Positions 8,837 through 19,619 of a DNA stretch of 64,000 nucleotides are shown here, piece after piece; within the stretch, counting starts at the first letter, position 1, and each line of letters begins with the position of its first letter. Where the stretch lies: assembly GCA_903844895.1 (NCBI GenBank), contig CAIMVM010000073.1, forward strand, positions 42,230-106,229, given 5' to 3'. The notes beneath the pieces are model-generated. The model was given only the letters and a program-made list of their open reading frames with translations. It was not told where the DNA came from and searched no databases. This DNA is from an uncultured Pseudomonadota bacterium. Its GTDB lineage: Bacteria; Bdellovibrionota_B; Oligoflexia; Oligoflexales; CAIMVM01. The position numbers and the translations under genes are program-made.

Positions 8837-10075
8837 CTACTCGGGACAACGAACGGCATTCACTTCGCTAATTTTCTGTTTGAGCGCGGCCACCCACTTA
8901 TCAACGACAGTCTCGGCCGCATCGGGAAGGCGAATGTAAGCATACAACTCTACACGTGCGGCGACAAAGATGTCCCGCATCTGTCTTTCGGTCAACTGGT
9001 TTAAAAGTGACGCAAGGAAAGCTCTACCTGCTTCGTGAATCCGAGGTCGCTCAAACGAACCCGTGAAAATGGGGGGCAAACCGTTCAAATTGGTTAGACA
9101 GCTCCTCTCGTCAGCCCAAACTCGCGTGGTACTCCAACTGGCGAGATCCATCTTTCGAATTGTCATCGGATCGTTTGCCATCCATCCACCGCTGAAATTC
9201 CATCCAAAATCCTGCACAAGAGCAAAAGGTTTGCTACATATTTTTCTGCCATCATCGGTCATTGAAATTCCATCTTTCGGGCAAACCAGGCGCTGATTTT
9301 CTGGTTTGTTGTCAGGGTGCTGAAGGATGGACATGAGTAGAGCCAAAGCCTCGCGATGAGCCACCCGCTCCCGGCTCACCCCCTCAAAATTCATTAACTC
9401 GTTCCAGCCCCATCCCTGGTCTTCCAACGTCTCGATTTTTATCGCTTTGAACTTGTCCTCCACAGCAGCTGGCACAAATGTCCGCACGCTGCGAGCACTG
9501 GCTGCGGTGTAGCGATCGACTTCGGTCCTGCTGGGTTTAGTTCCAAAATGGTTGCCGTAAAAGTGGGGATCGGCTGGACAATTATCACAAACCACACGGA
9601 CAGAATACATGGCATCGGCGCCAAATCCCAATGTCCAAAGAAGGCGCGAGGAGGCCACTTCCGAATAAACCTCGCCATTATCGACTCCATATTTCACCTT
9701 GATGCGCTCGCCGTCAGGCTTGTCGCAGTAGAATTTTGGCGTACGACCACCTACATCTTCTTTCTCCGGTTCAACATACCTGCAGTTGATGGTCTCGCCG
9801 AATTTGAAACCTCTGTAGCCTTCCGGTCCCACAGCCGCATCCTTGCTCGCAATGTCCGATTTCATCCAAACATCAGCCTCCTTAAGATACTTCGCCCGCT
9901 CCTCTTTGGTAGAGACAATCGTCTTCGTCGAAGGGCTGTTTGTGGATCCAGAACGCACATCGGTAGCTCTTGAGTTGTCTTTGAAAAGGCGTGGTGCGCA
10001 GGAGGCAAGCGCCAATGACAGGCATCCCAAAAATACCGATCCCAAATGAAATGTCTGATTTTTCCTATGAGTCAT
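8837..10075 (-). CDS. Lipoprotein with atypical protein-kinase-like fold (HipA/PI3K-like)
   Basis: Lipobox LASC at C26. GGRTPKF (Gly-loop-like), IKVKYG, SEVASSRL, HPDNKPEN, QDFG. Confidence 0.6.
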   Translation of the reverse strand: MTHRKNQTFHLGSVFLGCLSLALASCAPRLFKDNSRATDVRSGSTNSPSTKTIVSTKEERAKYLKEADVWMKSDIASKDAAVGPEGYRGFKFGETINCRYVEPEKEDVGGRTPKFYCDKPDGERIKVKYGVDNGEVYSEVASSRLLWTLGFGADAMYSVRVVCDNCPADPHFYGNHFGTKPSRTEVDRYTAASARSVRTFVPAAVEDKFKAIKIETLEDQGWGWNELMNFEGVSRERVAHREALALLMSILQHPDNKPENQRLVCPKDGISMTDDGRKICSKPFALVQDFGWNFSGGWMANDPMTIRKMDLASWSTTRVWADERSCLTNLNGLPPIFTGSFERPRIHEAGRAFLASLLNQLTERQMRDIFVAARVELYAYIRLPDAAETVVDKWVAALKQKISEVNAVRCPE

Positions 10076-10658
10076 AACCTATCTCCCAACATCCAATCCT
10101 ATTCACAGCGCCCAACATCAAACGCCACAATTTACCCCACTGCGCTCCTTTCGCCAGAAAGGAGCTTTGCTCCCGATATTTCCATGTCACTATTATAGCT
10201 CCTCCCATTGAGGAATGGAGTATCGGCGCGCTAAAAATCCTACAATATTTTTGCAACCTGCTGGAACTATTTAAGTTCCAAATGCCCCGATGCGAAAATT
10301 CATGGACTTACAACGAAGAGGTAAAGAAACAGCCAGGGCTCCGTTTTCACCAACAATTAAAGTGACTAAATATCGCTGACCAAGGTCCAAACATACTCAA
10401 ACAATCATTTCACGGTACCCCGTTCGCCTCGTGCAAAATATATCTTCTATAAAGTAACGAATCTTAGGAGAACACGGAATTCGAAGTCCTCTCAAATTAA
10501 GGACTAAGCTTTACGCTCTATGGTTGGAAAGCTTCGCAAAAGAAAAAATCACTCAGGTGGGATGCACTTGAGTGATATAGAAATATAAATTCAATTTTCA
10601 AACACAAAAGCCGATTTTTTGGTCCTAAAAGAGATTTTTGAAACTCTCAATTCGGGTC

Positions 10659-11981
10659 CTAAGTCAACTTGGGTTCGCTTTTCAAATGGGGCACTTGTTC
10701 TGATGACTCTTGTCCGCTCATCCATCGCTTGAGCATGGGCACTAGGGCTAAAAGCGCAATCGCTGCCACTCCAGCTGTTACTGCAAGAATTCCAAAAAAG
10801 CTGTCTGGAGCCATCGTGTCATACTGCCCAGCAAAAATACCGCCAGCTAAATTAGCAACAAAACTAGAAAGAAACCAAGTTCCCATCAACAGTGATGCAA
10901 ACCTTGCTGGGGAAAGTTTTGTCACCACGGAAAGACCTACTGGTGAAAGACAAAGCTCTCCTAGAGTATGAAGAAAATAAACACCAAACAACCACCAAGC
11001 TGCCACTGGTCCACTCGTCATATAGGTTTTTGCGGCAACTGCCATAAGTACAAAACCAGCGGCGAGCAAAGCCAGGCCCCATACAAACTTCATGGGAGAG
11101 GACGGCTCACGATCTCTTTGGGATAGTTTGATCCAAATTGATGAAAAGAAGGGAGCTAAAACAAATATAAAGAGGGGGTTTAGAGATTGGTACCAACCAG
11201 CAGGAAATTCATAACCAAAAATAGTTCGATTGGTTTGAGAATCCGCAAAGAGAGTGAGAGAGCTTCCAGCCTGCTCAAAGCAGCCCCAAAAAAAGATCGT
11301 AAAGAATGCCAATATAAAAATAACAGCAATTTGCTTCTTTTCCGTACCCGTAAGCGCGACATTTCCCATTGATGCTAGATTCTTGGCGACTGGCGTAAGC
11401 CCCAAATCTCCCAAGTACTTTTTTTGGCCCCAAAGATAAAGAAATAAACCGGCCCCCATACCAATACCAGCTGCGGCAAAACCGTAGTGCCATCCGTACT
11501 TTTCACCCAGAGTGCTGCACACAAGAGGAGAAAAAAAGGCACCAAGATTGATCCCCATATAAAAAATTGTAAAGGCAGCGTCACGGCGAGGATCGTTCTT
11601 TTCGTAAAGGCCCCCCACTAGTATCGAAATATTTGGCTTAAAAAAACCATTGCCAAGGATCAACAATGCCAATGCAGAATAGAAAAAAGCGAGATTCTCC
11701 ACTGCCATGGCAAAATGACCTAGCATCATTAAAAGGCCACCGACTAAAATCGACTTGCGCTGACCCCAATACCTATCAGCAATATAGCCACCGATAAGAG
11801 GCGTTAGATACACGAGACCAGTGTAAAGGCCGTATACGGATCCGGCTTTCTCAGTAGAGAATTCCAAAGCTTTGAGCATATAGAGCATGAGTAGAACGCG
11901 CATACCATAGAAGGAAAAACGCTCCCACATCTCTATCCCAAATAACAAATAAAGTCCTTTTGGATGTCCCTCTTTAACCAC
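10659..11981 (-). CDS. POT-family proton-dependent di/tripeptide transporter
   Basis: GHPKGL, EMWERFSFYG (ExxERFxYY), GGYIADR, GNGFFKPNIS, FYMGINLG, GELCLSPVGLS. Confidence 0.95.
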   Translation of the reverse strand: MVKEGHPKGLYLLFGIEMWERFSFYGMRVLLMLYMLKALEFSTEKAGSVYGLYTGLVYLTPLIGGYIADRYWGQRKSILVGGLLMMLGHFAMAVENLAFFYSALALLILGNGFFKPNISILVGGLYEKNDPRRDAAFTIFYMGINLGAFFSPLVCSTLGEKYGWHYGFAAAGIGMGAGLFLYLWGQKKYLGDLGLTPVAKNLASMGNVALTGTEKKQIAVIFILAFFTIFFWGCFEQAGSSLTLFADSQTNRTIFGYEFPAGWYQSLNPLFIFVLAPFFSSIWIKLSQRDREPSSPMKFVWGLALLAAGFVLMAVAAKTYMTSGPVAAWWLFGVYFLHTLGELCLSPVGLSVVTKLSPARFASLLMGTWFLSSFVANLAGGIFAGQYDTMAPDSFFGILAVTAGVAAIALLALVPMLKRWMSGQESSEQVPHLKSEPKLT

Positions 11982-11999
11982 GTAATACTCCCAGCCTGC

Positions 12000-12023
12000 A
12001 AATGTAAATGTAAATGTAAATGT
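12000..12023. repeat. 6-bp tandem repeat (AAATGT)x4 just upstream of the POT transporter start
   Basis: aaatgtaaatgtaaatgtaaatgt. Confidence 0.8.
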
Positions 12024-12361
12024 GCCCCATTTTTAGAAATGGATCTTAAGAATCCCTTATATATTTGTTTTTAGAGCTAAGCTAGTGCGTTTCTTTGGCA
12101 GCCTAGGCGGAGGTGTCGCATCTAGCACCAAGGCTCTAAGGACCAGGTGATGCCAGGAAATGGGCAGGTTTAGTAAAGATGCCGAAGCCTCCTCCCTGCC
12201 TGGGGCCAGAGCTTCTGAGGCTGCGGGATCATGGAGAATTCCTCACTTTACCCTTCCGCAAGAACATGGCCGGCAGCTAATAGATGAGAAAAACTGAAGA
12301 ACGATAGTTGCCTTCGGCCAGCGACACCTAGGAAATCTAGCGCAGCGGACCTTATAAGAGT

Positions 12362-13000
12362 ATGATCATAGCGACTCAAAAAATGAGGGAGCAACTTGTG
12401 ATTAAGATTTATATTTCCATGTTCCTGATGTTTTCCTCTGCTATTGCTTCCGCTCGTCCTGTGGTTGTCGTCTTAGGTGACAGCCTAGCCGCAGGCTACG
12501 GAGTTGATAAAGATGAGTCCTTCCCAAGCCTTTTAGAGAAGAAGTTTAAATCCAACCATGTAGATATGAAAGTAATCAATGCCGGCCTTTCTGGTTCCAC
12601 CAGTGCCAGTGGACCCTCACGAATGAATTGGCAGTTAAAAGCAAAGCCAACTCATTTGCTTTTAGCTCTTGGAGCCAATGATGGCCTGCGAGGAATCAAT
12701 CCCGCAGACACCACAGAATCTCTTAGAAAGACTATTAAAATCGCTTTAGAGAATCACATAACTGTATTCCTGTTAGGAATGAAAGCGCCTCCTAATTACG
12801 GCAAAGAATTTACGCTTAAATTTGAATCGATATATGTAAACTTATCAAAGGAATTTAAGCTGGATCGATTTCCTTTCCTCCTGGAGGGAGTCGCTGGAGA
12901 AGCTTCGCTCAACCAGGGCGATGGAATTCACCCCAATGCTAAAGGACATCAAGTCATCGCAGATCATCTCTATAATTTTCTAAAAGGAAAAATTCATTGA
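12362..13000 (+). CDS. tesA: SGNH arylesterase / acyl-CoA thioesterase I (TesA-like); true start may be further downstream
   Basis: GDSLAAGYG, NAGLSG, GANDGLRG, DGIHPN, signal peptide; followed by ybbA/ybbP. Confidence 0.85.
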   Translation: MIIATQKMREQLVIKIYISMFLMFSSAIASARPVVVVLGDSLAAGYGVDKDESFPSLLEKKFKSNHVDMKVINAGLSGSTSASGPSRMNWQLKAKPTHLLLALGANDGLRGINPADTTESLRKTIKIALENHITVFLLGMKAPPNYGKEFTLKFESIYVNLSKEFKLDRFPFLLEGVAGEASLNQGDGIHPNAKGHQVIADHLYNFLKGKIH

Positions 13001-13698
13001 GCATACTAAGCCTGAAAAACATTCACAAATCCTATTCCCAAGGTAGCTCAACACTTAGTATCTTGAAGGACCTGGAACTTGAGGTCAACCAAGGAGAAAT
13101 CGTCGCCATCACAGGACAGTCTGGAGCTGGAAAGTCGTCTTTGCTTGCCATTATGTCGGGAATAGACCGTCCGGACTCAGGGCAAATCATTGTGGGAACA
13201 ACCCATTTAAGCTCACTAAATGAAAATGAATTGACCCAATTTAGAGGTAAGAATATAGGAATTGTGTTTCAGCAATTTCATCTCGTTCCGCATCTGACTG
13301 CCCTTGAAAATGTTATGCTCCCCCTTGAAATCGCTGGGGACAAAAGAGCTGAAGAAAAAGCAAGACAGTCCCTTTTAAACGTAGGCCTTGAGGCAAGATC
13401 AAACCACTTCCCTAGTCAACTCAGCGGCGGCGAATGCCAGCGAGTTGCCATTGCAAGAGCCTTCACCACGGAACCTGAATTTTTACTCGCTGATGAGCCT
13501 TCAGGAAGTTTAGATACCGCAACCGGAAGCCAAGTCATGGACTTACTATTTAATGAAGTAAAAAGACGCGGCATGACTTTAGTCATTGTGACTCACTCTG
13601 AAGACCTCGCCCTAAAATGTAGCCGACAATTTAAACTAAGCCAAGGAAAGCTCATAGAATCCATTAGACCTCCTGAATCGATTAAGGGAAATTTATGA
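12997..13698 (+). CDS. ybbA: ABC transporter ATP-binding protein (YbbA/LolD-like)
   Basis: GQSGAGKS, LSGGECQRVAIARA, LADEPSG; tesA-ybbA-ybbP synteny. Confidence 0.85.
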   Translation: MSILSLKNIHKSYSQGSSTLSILKDLELEVNQGEIVAITGQSGAGKSSLLAIMSGIDRPDSGQIIVGTTHLSSLNENELTQFRGKNIGIVFQQFHLVPHLTALENVMLPLEIAGDKRAEEKARQSLLNVGLEARSNHFPSQLSGGECQRVAIARAFTTEPEFLLADEPSGSLDTATGSQVMDLLFNEVKRRGMTLVIVTHSEDLALKCSRQFKLSQGKLIESIRPPESIKGNL

Positions 13699-16232
13699 AC
13701 TTTTTTCTGAGGTCCCTTAGAGAGTTACGTGGTCAGAAATCTTTTGTACTTCTATTTTGTATCAACATCACTTTCGGGCTTGTGGGTTTAGGCCTAATAA
13801 GCACATGGCGTCAAGCGTTTGAAGACACCATTGCTCAACGTTCTAAGACTATGTTAGGTGCAGACATCCAAATTTCTACTCGCAGGACCTGGGATCCCAA
13901 AGAAATCGCAATCATAGAAAAAGAGACTGCAGCTTTAGGAAGCCCTATAGCAAGATCTGCAACGCTCTACACTATGGCTTCTAGCGCATCCAAATCTCGT
14001 CTGATCGAACTTCGAGCGACAGAAGCTTCCCTGCCCTTTTATGGCCAAATCACAATCAAAGGCGATCCTTCGCATGTAAAACGCCTTAAAGATCAGGACC
14101 ATTCCATTTGGATCTATCCTGAAATCGCTACCACCCTTGGACTTAATGTTGGCTCAATTTTAAAGCTTGGAGAATCAAACTTTACTGTGACAGGCATCAC
14201 TGAAGACGACCCCGCAGGATCTTGGGCGGGGTCATCAGTTGCGCCCAGAGCGTACATAGACATAAAAGACTTGCAGGGCACGGAACTTGTTAGAAAAGGA
14301 TCTACAGTTTGGAGTTCTTACTTAGTCAAAACGGCAACGGAAATAGAAACGAAAGTCATCATTAATAATTTAAGCGCGTTATTGAATGATCCTGGAGTTA
14401 ATATAGTTGATCATCGAGAGTCCGGAGAGCAATCCGCACGCTTGTTTAAATATTTGACGGATTACCTATCCCTAGTCTCTATAACGGCACTTATTATGAC
14501 AGGCGTGGCTGCCTCTTGGCTTTATCGCCACTATTTTAGAAGACGCCGAAAAACTACAGCGATCTATATTTGCTTAGGAGCCACCCGCTACGAAGCTTTT
14601 GGAGTGGGAGTCATTCAGGTCCTCTTTTTAGGAATCCTATCTTCTTTAGCAGCTGCTACTATAAGCCTTTCCCTGTCTGGAGTTCTTGTTAAGTTAGTGC
14701 ATGAATTTGTCCCTTGGGCACTAACACCAGCTTTTAGCTTCGGCGTAGTTGCTAAATTAGTTTTCATTTCTGTGAGTACTTGTTTGGTAGTTTGCCTGCC
14801 ATGGCTACTTGAAACAAAAGATATTTCACCCTCGCTCCTATTGAACGAATCGGTGGCCCAAGGCTCCCAAAAAAGCAAGTATCGATTTCTATCTCTAGGA
14901 ATTCAAGTCCTCTTTTTTGCTGGACTAGCTATTTTAGAAGCCAAATCCTATTTATCTGGAATGGTCTTTTCCGGTACTCTGATTTTGGCAACCCTGATTA
15001 TTTTGTTGTCTTCGAGGCTGGTGCACAAAGTTCTGAAAGGCTTCGCTGCGGGACTATCAGCCCCCCTTAAGCACGGACTTTTAAGAAGTGTCCGCTGTGT
15101 AGAGGAATCTACCCCAGCCATCGTCTCCCTTGGCTTGGCTACAATCCTTACGGTTCTCCTTCCCACTCTGAGAGATATTTTAAGGACAGAACTCAATGTG
15201 TCGTCAGATCGGGGCGTTCCTTCCATGTTTGTTTTCGACATTCAAGACGAACAAAAGGCACCTCTCGAGGCCTTGTTGACAGAGCTAAAAGCCCACGTTC
15301 AAATGATCAGCCCGATGATACGAGGGCGGCTTTTGACTCAAAATGGTAGCTCCGTTGTCCGAGAAGAAATGAACCCAAAGGACAGTCGCGATGCGGAGCG
15401 GTCAAAGTTAATGCGAAACAGAGGTTATAACCTTTCTTATCGCACTAGCCTTGACCCTTCTGAAAAAATCACCTCCGGGACTTTTAAGGGAACACCATTC
15501 TCCCCCGAGCAACATGAATTGCCTGAAATTTCCGTTGAAAAAAACTTTGCCGACCGAACTAAAATAGAAATGAATGACATATTAAACTTTGAGATAGAAG
15601 GGGTAGAAATTCAGGGCAAGGTTACATCTTTAAGGTCCGTTAAATGGGCCAGCTTTCAGCCTAATTTTTTCATTCTTTTTCAGCCGGGAGTCCTTGATGA
15701 TGCGCCCAAGACCTGGGTGGCTTCAATTGGCGCTACGAGCCCTGATCTAAAAGTTGAAATACAAAACAAAATTGTACAAAACTTCCCAAATGTATCTGCC
15801 ATTGATGTCGAGCGAGTTTTAAGTCGACTTATGGAGCTCATGGAAAAATCCTCGATTGCCCTTGGAGCTTTGGCTCTTCTTTGCGTCATAAGTGGCTTCC
15901 TAGTTCTGATAAGTATAACCAGACAGATGCTACACGAGCGCGAAAAAGACTTACTCCTCTACAAGGTAGTAGGAGCCGATCGATCTTTTCTAGTTAAACT
16001 TCTGCTAAGTGAGATTTCTATAATCGCTGCAGTTTCGAGTTTTACAGGACTGTTTCTAGGCCTAGCCATCGCACAGTCCCTTTCGGTCATCGTTTTTCAG
16101 TCAAAAACAATAGTCAGTCCAGGAACTGTTGTATGGATTCCATTTTTGTTTACTTTTTTTGCTGTCGTATTGAGCTATAGTTCCATTCGCCGTATCACGT
16201 CTCGACCCACAAGTTTTGGTCTTCTATCCTAG
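13695..16232 (+). CDS. ybbP: ABC transporter permease, double FtsX-domain (YbbP-like)
   Basis: 845 aa with two TM clusters, LGADI and SLRSVKWASFQPNFF; synteny with tesA and ybbA. Confidence 0.85.
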   Translation: MNFFLRSLRELRGQKSFVLLFCINITFGLVGLGLISTWRQAFEDTIAQRSKTMLGADIQISTRRTWDPKEIAIIEKETAALGSPIARSATLYTMASSASKSRLIELRATEASLPFYGQITIKGDPSHVKRLKDQDHSIWIYPEIATTLGLNVGSILKLGESNFTVTGITEDDPAGSWAGSSVAPRAYIDIKDLQGTELVRKGSTVWSSYLVKTATEIETKVIINNLSALLNDPGVNIVDHRESGEQSARLFKYLTDYLSLVSITALIMTGVAASWLYRHYFRRRRKTTAIYICLGATRYEAFGVGVIQVLFLGILSSLAAATISLSLSGVLVKLVHEFVPWALTPAFSFGVVAKLVFISVSTCLVVCLPWLLETKDISPSLLLNESVAQGSQKSKYRFLSLGIQVLFFAGLAILEAKSYLSGMVFSGTLILATLIILLSSRLVHKVLKGFAAGLSAPLKHGLLRSVRCVEESTPAIVSLGLATILTVLLPTLRDILRTELNVSSDRGVPSMFVFDIQDEQKAPLEALLTELKAHVQMISPMIRGRLLTQNGSSVVREEMNPKDSRDAERSKLMRNRGYNLSYRTSLDPSEKITSGTFKGTPFSPEQHELPEISVEKNFADRTKIEMNDILNFEIEGVEIQGKVTSLRSVKWASFQPNFFILFQPGVLDDAPKTWVASIGATSPDLKVEIQNKIVQNFPNVSAIDVERVLSRLMELMEKSSIALGALALLCVISGFLVLISITRQMLHEREKDLLLYKVVGADRSFLVKLLLSEISIIAAVSSFTGLFLGLAIAQSLSVIVFQSKTIVSPGTVVWIPFLFTFFAVVLSYSSIRRITSRPTSFGLLS

Positions 16233-16420
16233 CATTCACGTCGCATGTGAAAAAGTACTGAAGCAGCTAGGCAATAGTTACAAAAGCATACTAACCCCAA
16301 AAATTCTGCCGCATAAACCTCAAGGGTTTTGCGGCAGAAGACAAAATACTTTTTACCTAAGATGCATCGTTGCAAATTTTTTCTCAAATGTAAATAAAGA
16401 TGCCTAATTCCTAATTGAAG

Positions 16421-17155
16421 TTAAGGCATCTCAGACCCATCGGGTAGCACCTTTACCAACTTTATAAAGACACTTCCTGCACCCGCTCCCATTTTATGGT
16501 CGTAGGTAGCGCCATTATTTGCGAGCGCGCGAACTACCATCATAATCTGACACGTACCCGCTGCGATTTCTCTTCCATGATTTACCGGACCATTGGCAGA
16601 GGAGTGAAGATGTATACCTACGGTAGTATCGTTACAAAATTTGATGCCCGCATAGAGGCTGTTAACTCCAGTAAAAGCAGCATCTCCAACGAGAGTATCC
16701 TTCACACCTGCCACCTGCTGATTGGTGGGCAAAGTAGGCGGCACAATGAGCGTTCCTGCTGCAGTAACCGGAACTTTTACAACTATAGGATTTGCTGCTG
16801 AAGTCCCCCAGCTTATGGGATTTGTAACATTGAACTGTGTGATAACTTTACCAGAAGCTAGCGTTGCAGCATTATCTGCTTTAGTTTTATCTACCGACAC
16901 CGGTTCTTTAGCCATTTCAGGCGTAGAAGGGGGAGCTTTCTTTGCATTTGGATCTATGGGAACTTCTTGTTTTGGATGAGTGGGATCCACAGAAACGGCA
17001 TCACTATCTTTTTTTGTCAGTACTTTATCGGAAGTTGTACCAGACGTCTTTGATAAAATCTGGTTGGAATCCGCCTGAGAACAACTCGCCAAATAGATCC
17101 AAGTCACCCCATAGCTTAGACCTCTTAAAACCCTAGACTTTGTGCCCATAATCAT
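16421..17155 (-). CDS. Hypothetical lipoprotein with Pro/Lys/Thr linker and His-containing beta-rich C-terminal domain
   Basis: Lipobox LASC; C-terminal KFCND...IHLHSS...NHG...C...YDH; GGAG RBS. Confidence 0.65.
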   Translation of the reverse strand: MIMGTKSRVLRGLSYGVTWIYLASCSQADSNQILSKTSGTTSDKVLTKKDSDAVSVDPTHPKQEVPIDPNAKKAPPSTPEMAKEPVSVDKTKADNAATLASGKVITQFNVTNPISWGTSAANPIVVKVPVTAAGTLIVPPTLPTNQQVAGVKDTLVGDAAFTGVNSLYAGIKFCNDTTVGIHLHSSANGPVNHGREIAAGTCQIMMVVRALANNGATYDHKMGAGAGSVFIKLVKVLPDGSEMP

Positions 17156-17280
17156 CTCCTCTAGTGATCAAGAAGCTATATCGTAAAAATGTAACTTTTA
17201 TATAGATCTCACTTAATCTCCCGAAATAATCAATACTTTCGGTGTCTTAGGCGAGCCTCGAAGGGCTCTATTCTTTACTC

Positions 17281-17350
17281 TACTTATTTTAAAATACTCG
17301 TTTTAAAATACTCGTTTTAGAATACTCGTTTTAAAATAGCCGTTTTAAAA
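17281..17350. repeat. 14-bp tandem repeat (TACTCGTTTTAAAA)x5, imperfect
   Basis: Units: tacttattttaaaa, tactcgttttaaaa, tactcgttttagaa, tactcgttttaaaa, tagccgttttaaaa. Confidence 0.9.
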
Positions 17351-17732
17351 GATGCATTGCCTTGCGCGCTAGAAGCACGGAGAATTGCACCTTGAAGCTT
17401 TGATGTTAAACAGAAATCGAACCATATTCTTTGTAAACCATCAACAAAATCAGGATACTACTGGCCTGTTGTGGCAAATCTTCCCTAGATAAACGTCAGC
17501 GGAGAGGAATGGCATTACTAAAAAGTCCCCCTTGGAGGGCTGAAAACTGAGAATTTCATGGCGTTTTGTGGGCTAAGGGCAGGCTTACGGCCAGTCCGCA
17601 CTAGGAAACCACGAATCGAGGAATTTCTAGAGAAAAACCGTTACTTGAAGGAAGTCCCTCCCTTTTTCGCCTGAAATCTTTCGTTGCAATTTTAGGTTTT
17701 CTGACTATATCTTCATCCGATATCCTGCGAGG

Positions 17733-18497
17733 GTGTATACTTTGGAAACCGACCACTTCATTCTTAATTTAAAGAGCGACAAAGACTGCTTGTTTGACTC
17801 TGCAGATTGGCCAAAGCCCTTCGAATTCAGCGAAGCCGTGGTTAAGGTGTTTGACGATATGGTATCGCGATCGGTACCTCTATATCGGGACGTTAATGAA
17901 AGTGTTCTTTTTTGGACACATTCTTACTACCAAAAAGACAGTGCTATTGTAGATCTCGGATGTTCTACGGGTACAACACTGGAAGTGATAGGACGACATT
18001 TTAAAAGCCCAATAATAATGCTTGGAGTGGACACTTCCCAGCCTATGCTTGATGTTGCTAAAGATAAACTTGCAGGCCTGTCGAAACGTCACCAAATTGA
18101 TTTTTTACAATGCTCTTTGGAGGACGTTGAGCTGCCCAAAGCCAGCGTCATCATTTTGAATTATACGCTTCAGTTTATTCCTGTAAGAAAAAGATTGCCC
18201 ATACTTCAAAAGATATTCACAGCACTAAAGCCAGATGGGATTGTCTACATATCGGAAAAGATCCGCTATGATAATTTAGGATTTCAAGAAACTACCAATC
18301 GCATTTATGAAAACTTCAAACACAGAGCTGGCTACTCGCAAAGCGAGATTGAGCGTAAGAAAGAAGCTCTAGATCAAGTACTCGTCCCCATGACCATCGA
18401 ACAACTTTCCGCCATGATAAAAACTGCCGGTTTTTCTGTTCAAGAGACGGTTTTAAAATGGAATAACTTTGTATCGATAGTAGCTCAAAAATCATGA
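17733..18497 (+). CDS. cmoA: Carboxy-S-adenosyl-L-methionine synthase
   Basis: FEFSEAVVKVFDDMVSRSVPLY, DLGCSTG, NYTLQF, GYSQSEIERKKEAL. Confidence 0.92.
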   Translation: MYTLETDHFILNLKSDKDCLFDSADWPKPFEFSEAVVKVFDDMVSRSVPLYRDVNESVLFWTHSYYQKDSAIVDLGCSTGTTLEVIGRHFKSPIIMLGVDTSQPMLDVAKDKLAGLSKRHQIDFLQCSLEDVELPKASVIILNYTLQFIPVRKRLPILQKIFTALKPDGIVYISEKIRYDNLGFQETTNRIYENFKHRAGYSQSEIERKKEALDQVLVPMTIEQLSAMIKTAGFSVQETVLKWNNFVSIVAQKS

Positions 18498-19447
18498 AAG
18501 ACTACCTAGATCTACTTTCCAACAAAGAATCGCGAGAACAAATTGAAAACTTGCGGAAGGATAGATCTGTTTGGCGAAACGATCCTAAGCTTGATTTGTA
18601 TCGCAAAGCCGTCGCTATGGCTCCTGCTATCGAAGTAGCAACCAAAACTTACAACACATCTGCAGTATCCTTTGAGTCCCCATCCACCTTGGACGCCCCC
18701 ACGCGCATTGAACTTTTAAAGTCTCTTGAAGCTTTTATTCCATGGAAAAAGGGTCCCTTCTCATTTTTTGGAATAGAAATAGATTCTGAGTGGCAGTCCC
18801 ACTTAAAATGGGAGCGTATACTTCCCCACATAAAGAGTCTTGAAGGTAAGCGTATTGCCGATATTGGCTGTCACAATGGCTACTTCATGTACCGCATGCT
18901 TCATGAAAATCCTGCCTTGGTAGTAGGATTCGAACCGGTTGCTAAACATCTCCTAGCTTTTGAACTCCTTCAAACCTACGCAAAAGAGGATAGACTCTTC
19001 TTTGAACTTTTAGGTGCCGAACATATGCATCTCTATGAAAAATTCTTTGATAGAGTGTTTTGTTTGGGCATCTTGTATCACCATACGGATCCTATAGAAC
19101 TTTTGAGAAAGATTCATACTTCCCTCAATACGGGAGGGCAGGTCATTATTGATTGCCAGGGGATAGACGGTGAAGATCCCGTCGCATTGATGCCGCAGTC
19201 TCGATACGCAAATGCAAAAGGCATATGGTGGTTACCGACAAAAAGCTGCCTCGTCCATTGGCTTTCTCGGGCAAAATTTAGAGACATAAATGTTTTCTAT
19301 GCGGAAAAACTTAATCCTGTAGAACAACGAACTACCAAATGGGCTCCCATCGATAGCTTAAGTTCTTTTTTAGATCCTTTAGATTCTAATTTCACCAAAG
19401 AAGGCTACCCCGCCCCCTGGAGATTTTACGTAACGGCGACAAAATGA
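18494..19447 (+). CDS. cmoB: tRNA U34 carboxymethyltransferase
   Basis: PWKKGPF...IDSEWQSHLKW, DIGCHNGY, LGILYH, EQRTTKW, EGYPAP; overlaps cmoA. Confidence 0.92.
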   Translation: MKDYLDLLSNKESREQIENLRKDRSVWRNDPKLDLYRKAVAMAPAIEVATKTYNTSAVSFESPSTLDAPTRIELLKSLEAFIPWKKGPFSFFGIEIDSEWQSHLKWERILPHIKSLEGKRIADIGCHNGYFMYRMLHENPALVVGFEPVAKHLLAFELLQTYAKEDRLFFELLGAEHMHLYEKFFDRVFCLGILYHHTDPIELLRKIHTSLNTGGQVIIDCQGIDGEDPVALMPQSRYANAKGIWWLPTKSCLVHWLSRAKFRDINVFYAEKLNPVEQRTTKWAPIDSLSSFLDPLDSNFTKEGYPAPWRFYVTATK

Positions 19448-19619
19448 CACTTTCCCATAGAGATATCTGCGGCTCTGTGAATCTCAACCTCTAGTGCTAA
19501 AATTGAAGGATACTTTAAGAGTTATCGTGACTTTCCCATTGAGATGCCATTTAACGACGAAACACAAAAACAGGTGAAATATGATTTCACTCCCTTTTTC
19601 AAATCTTCATTTTTAAGTC

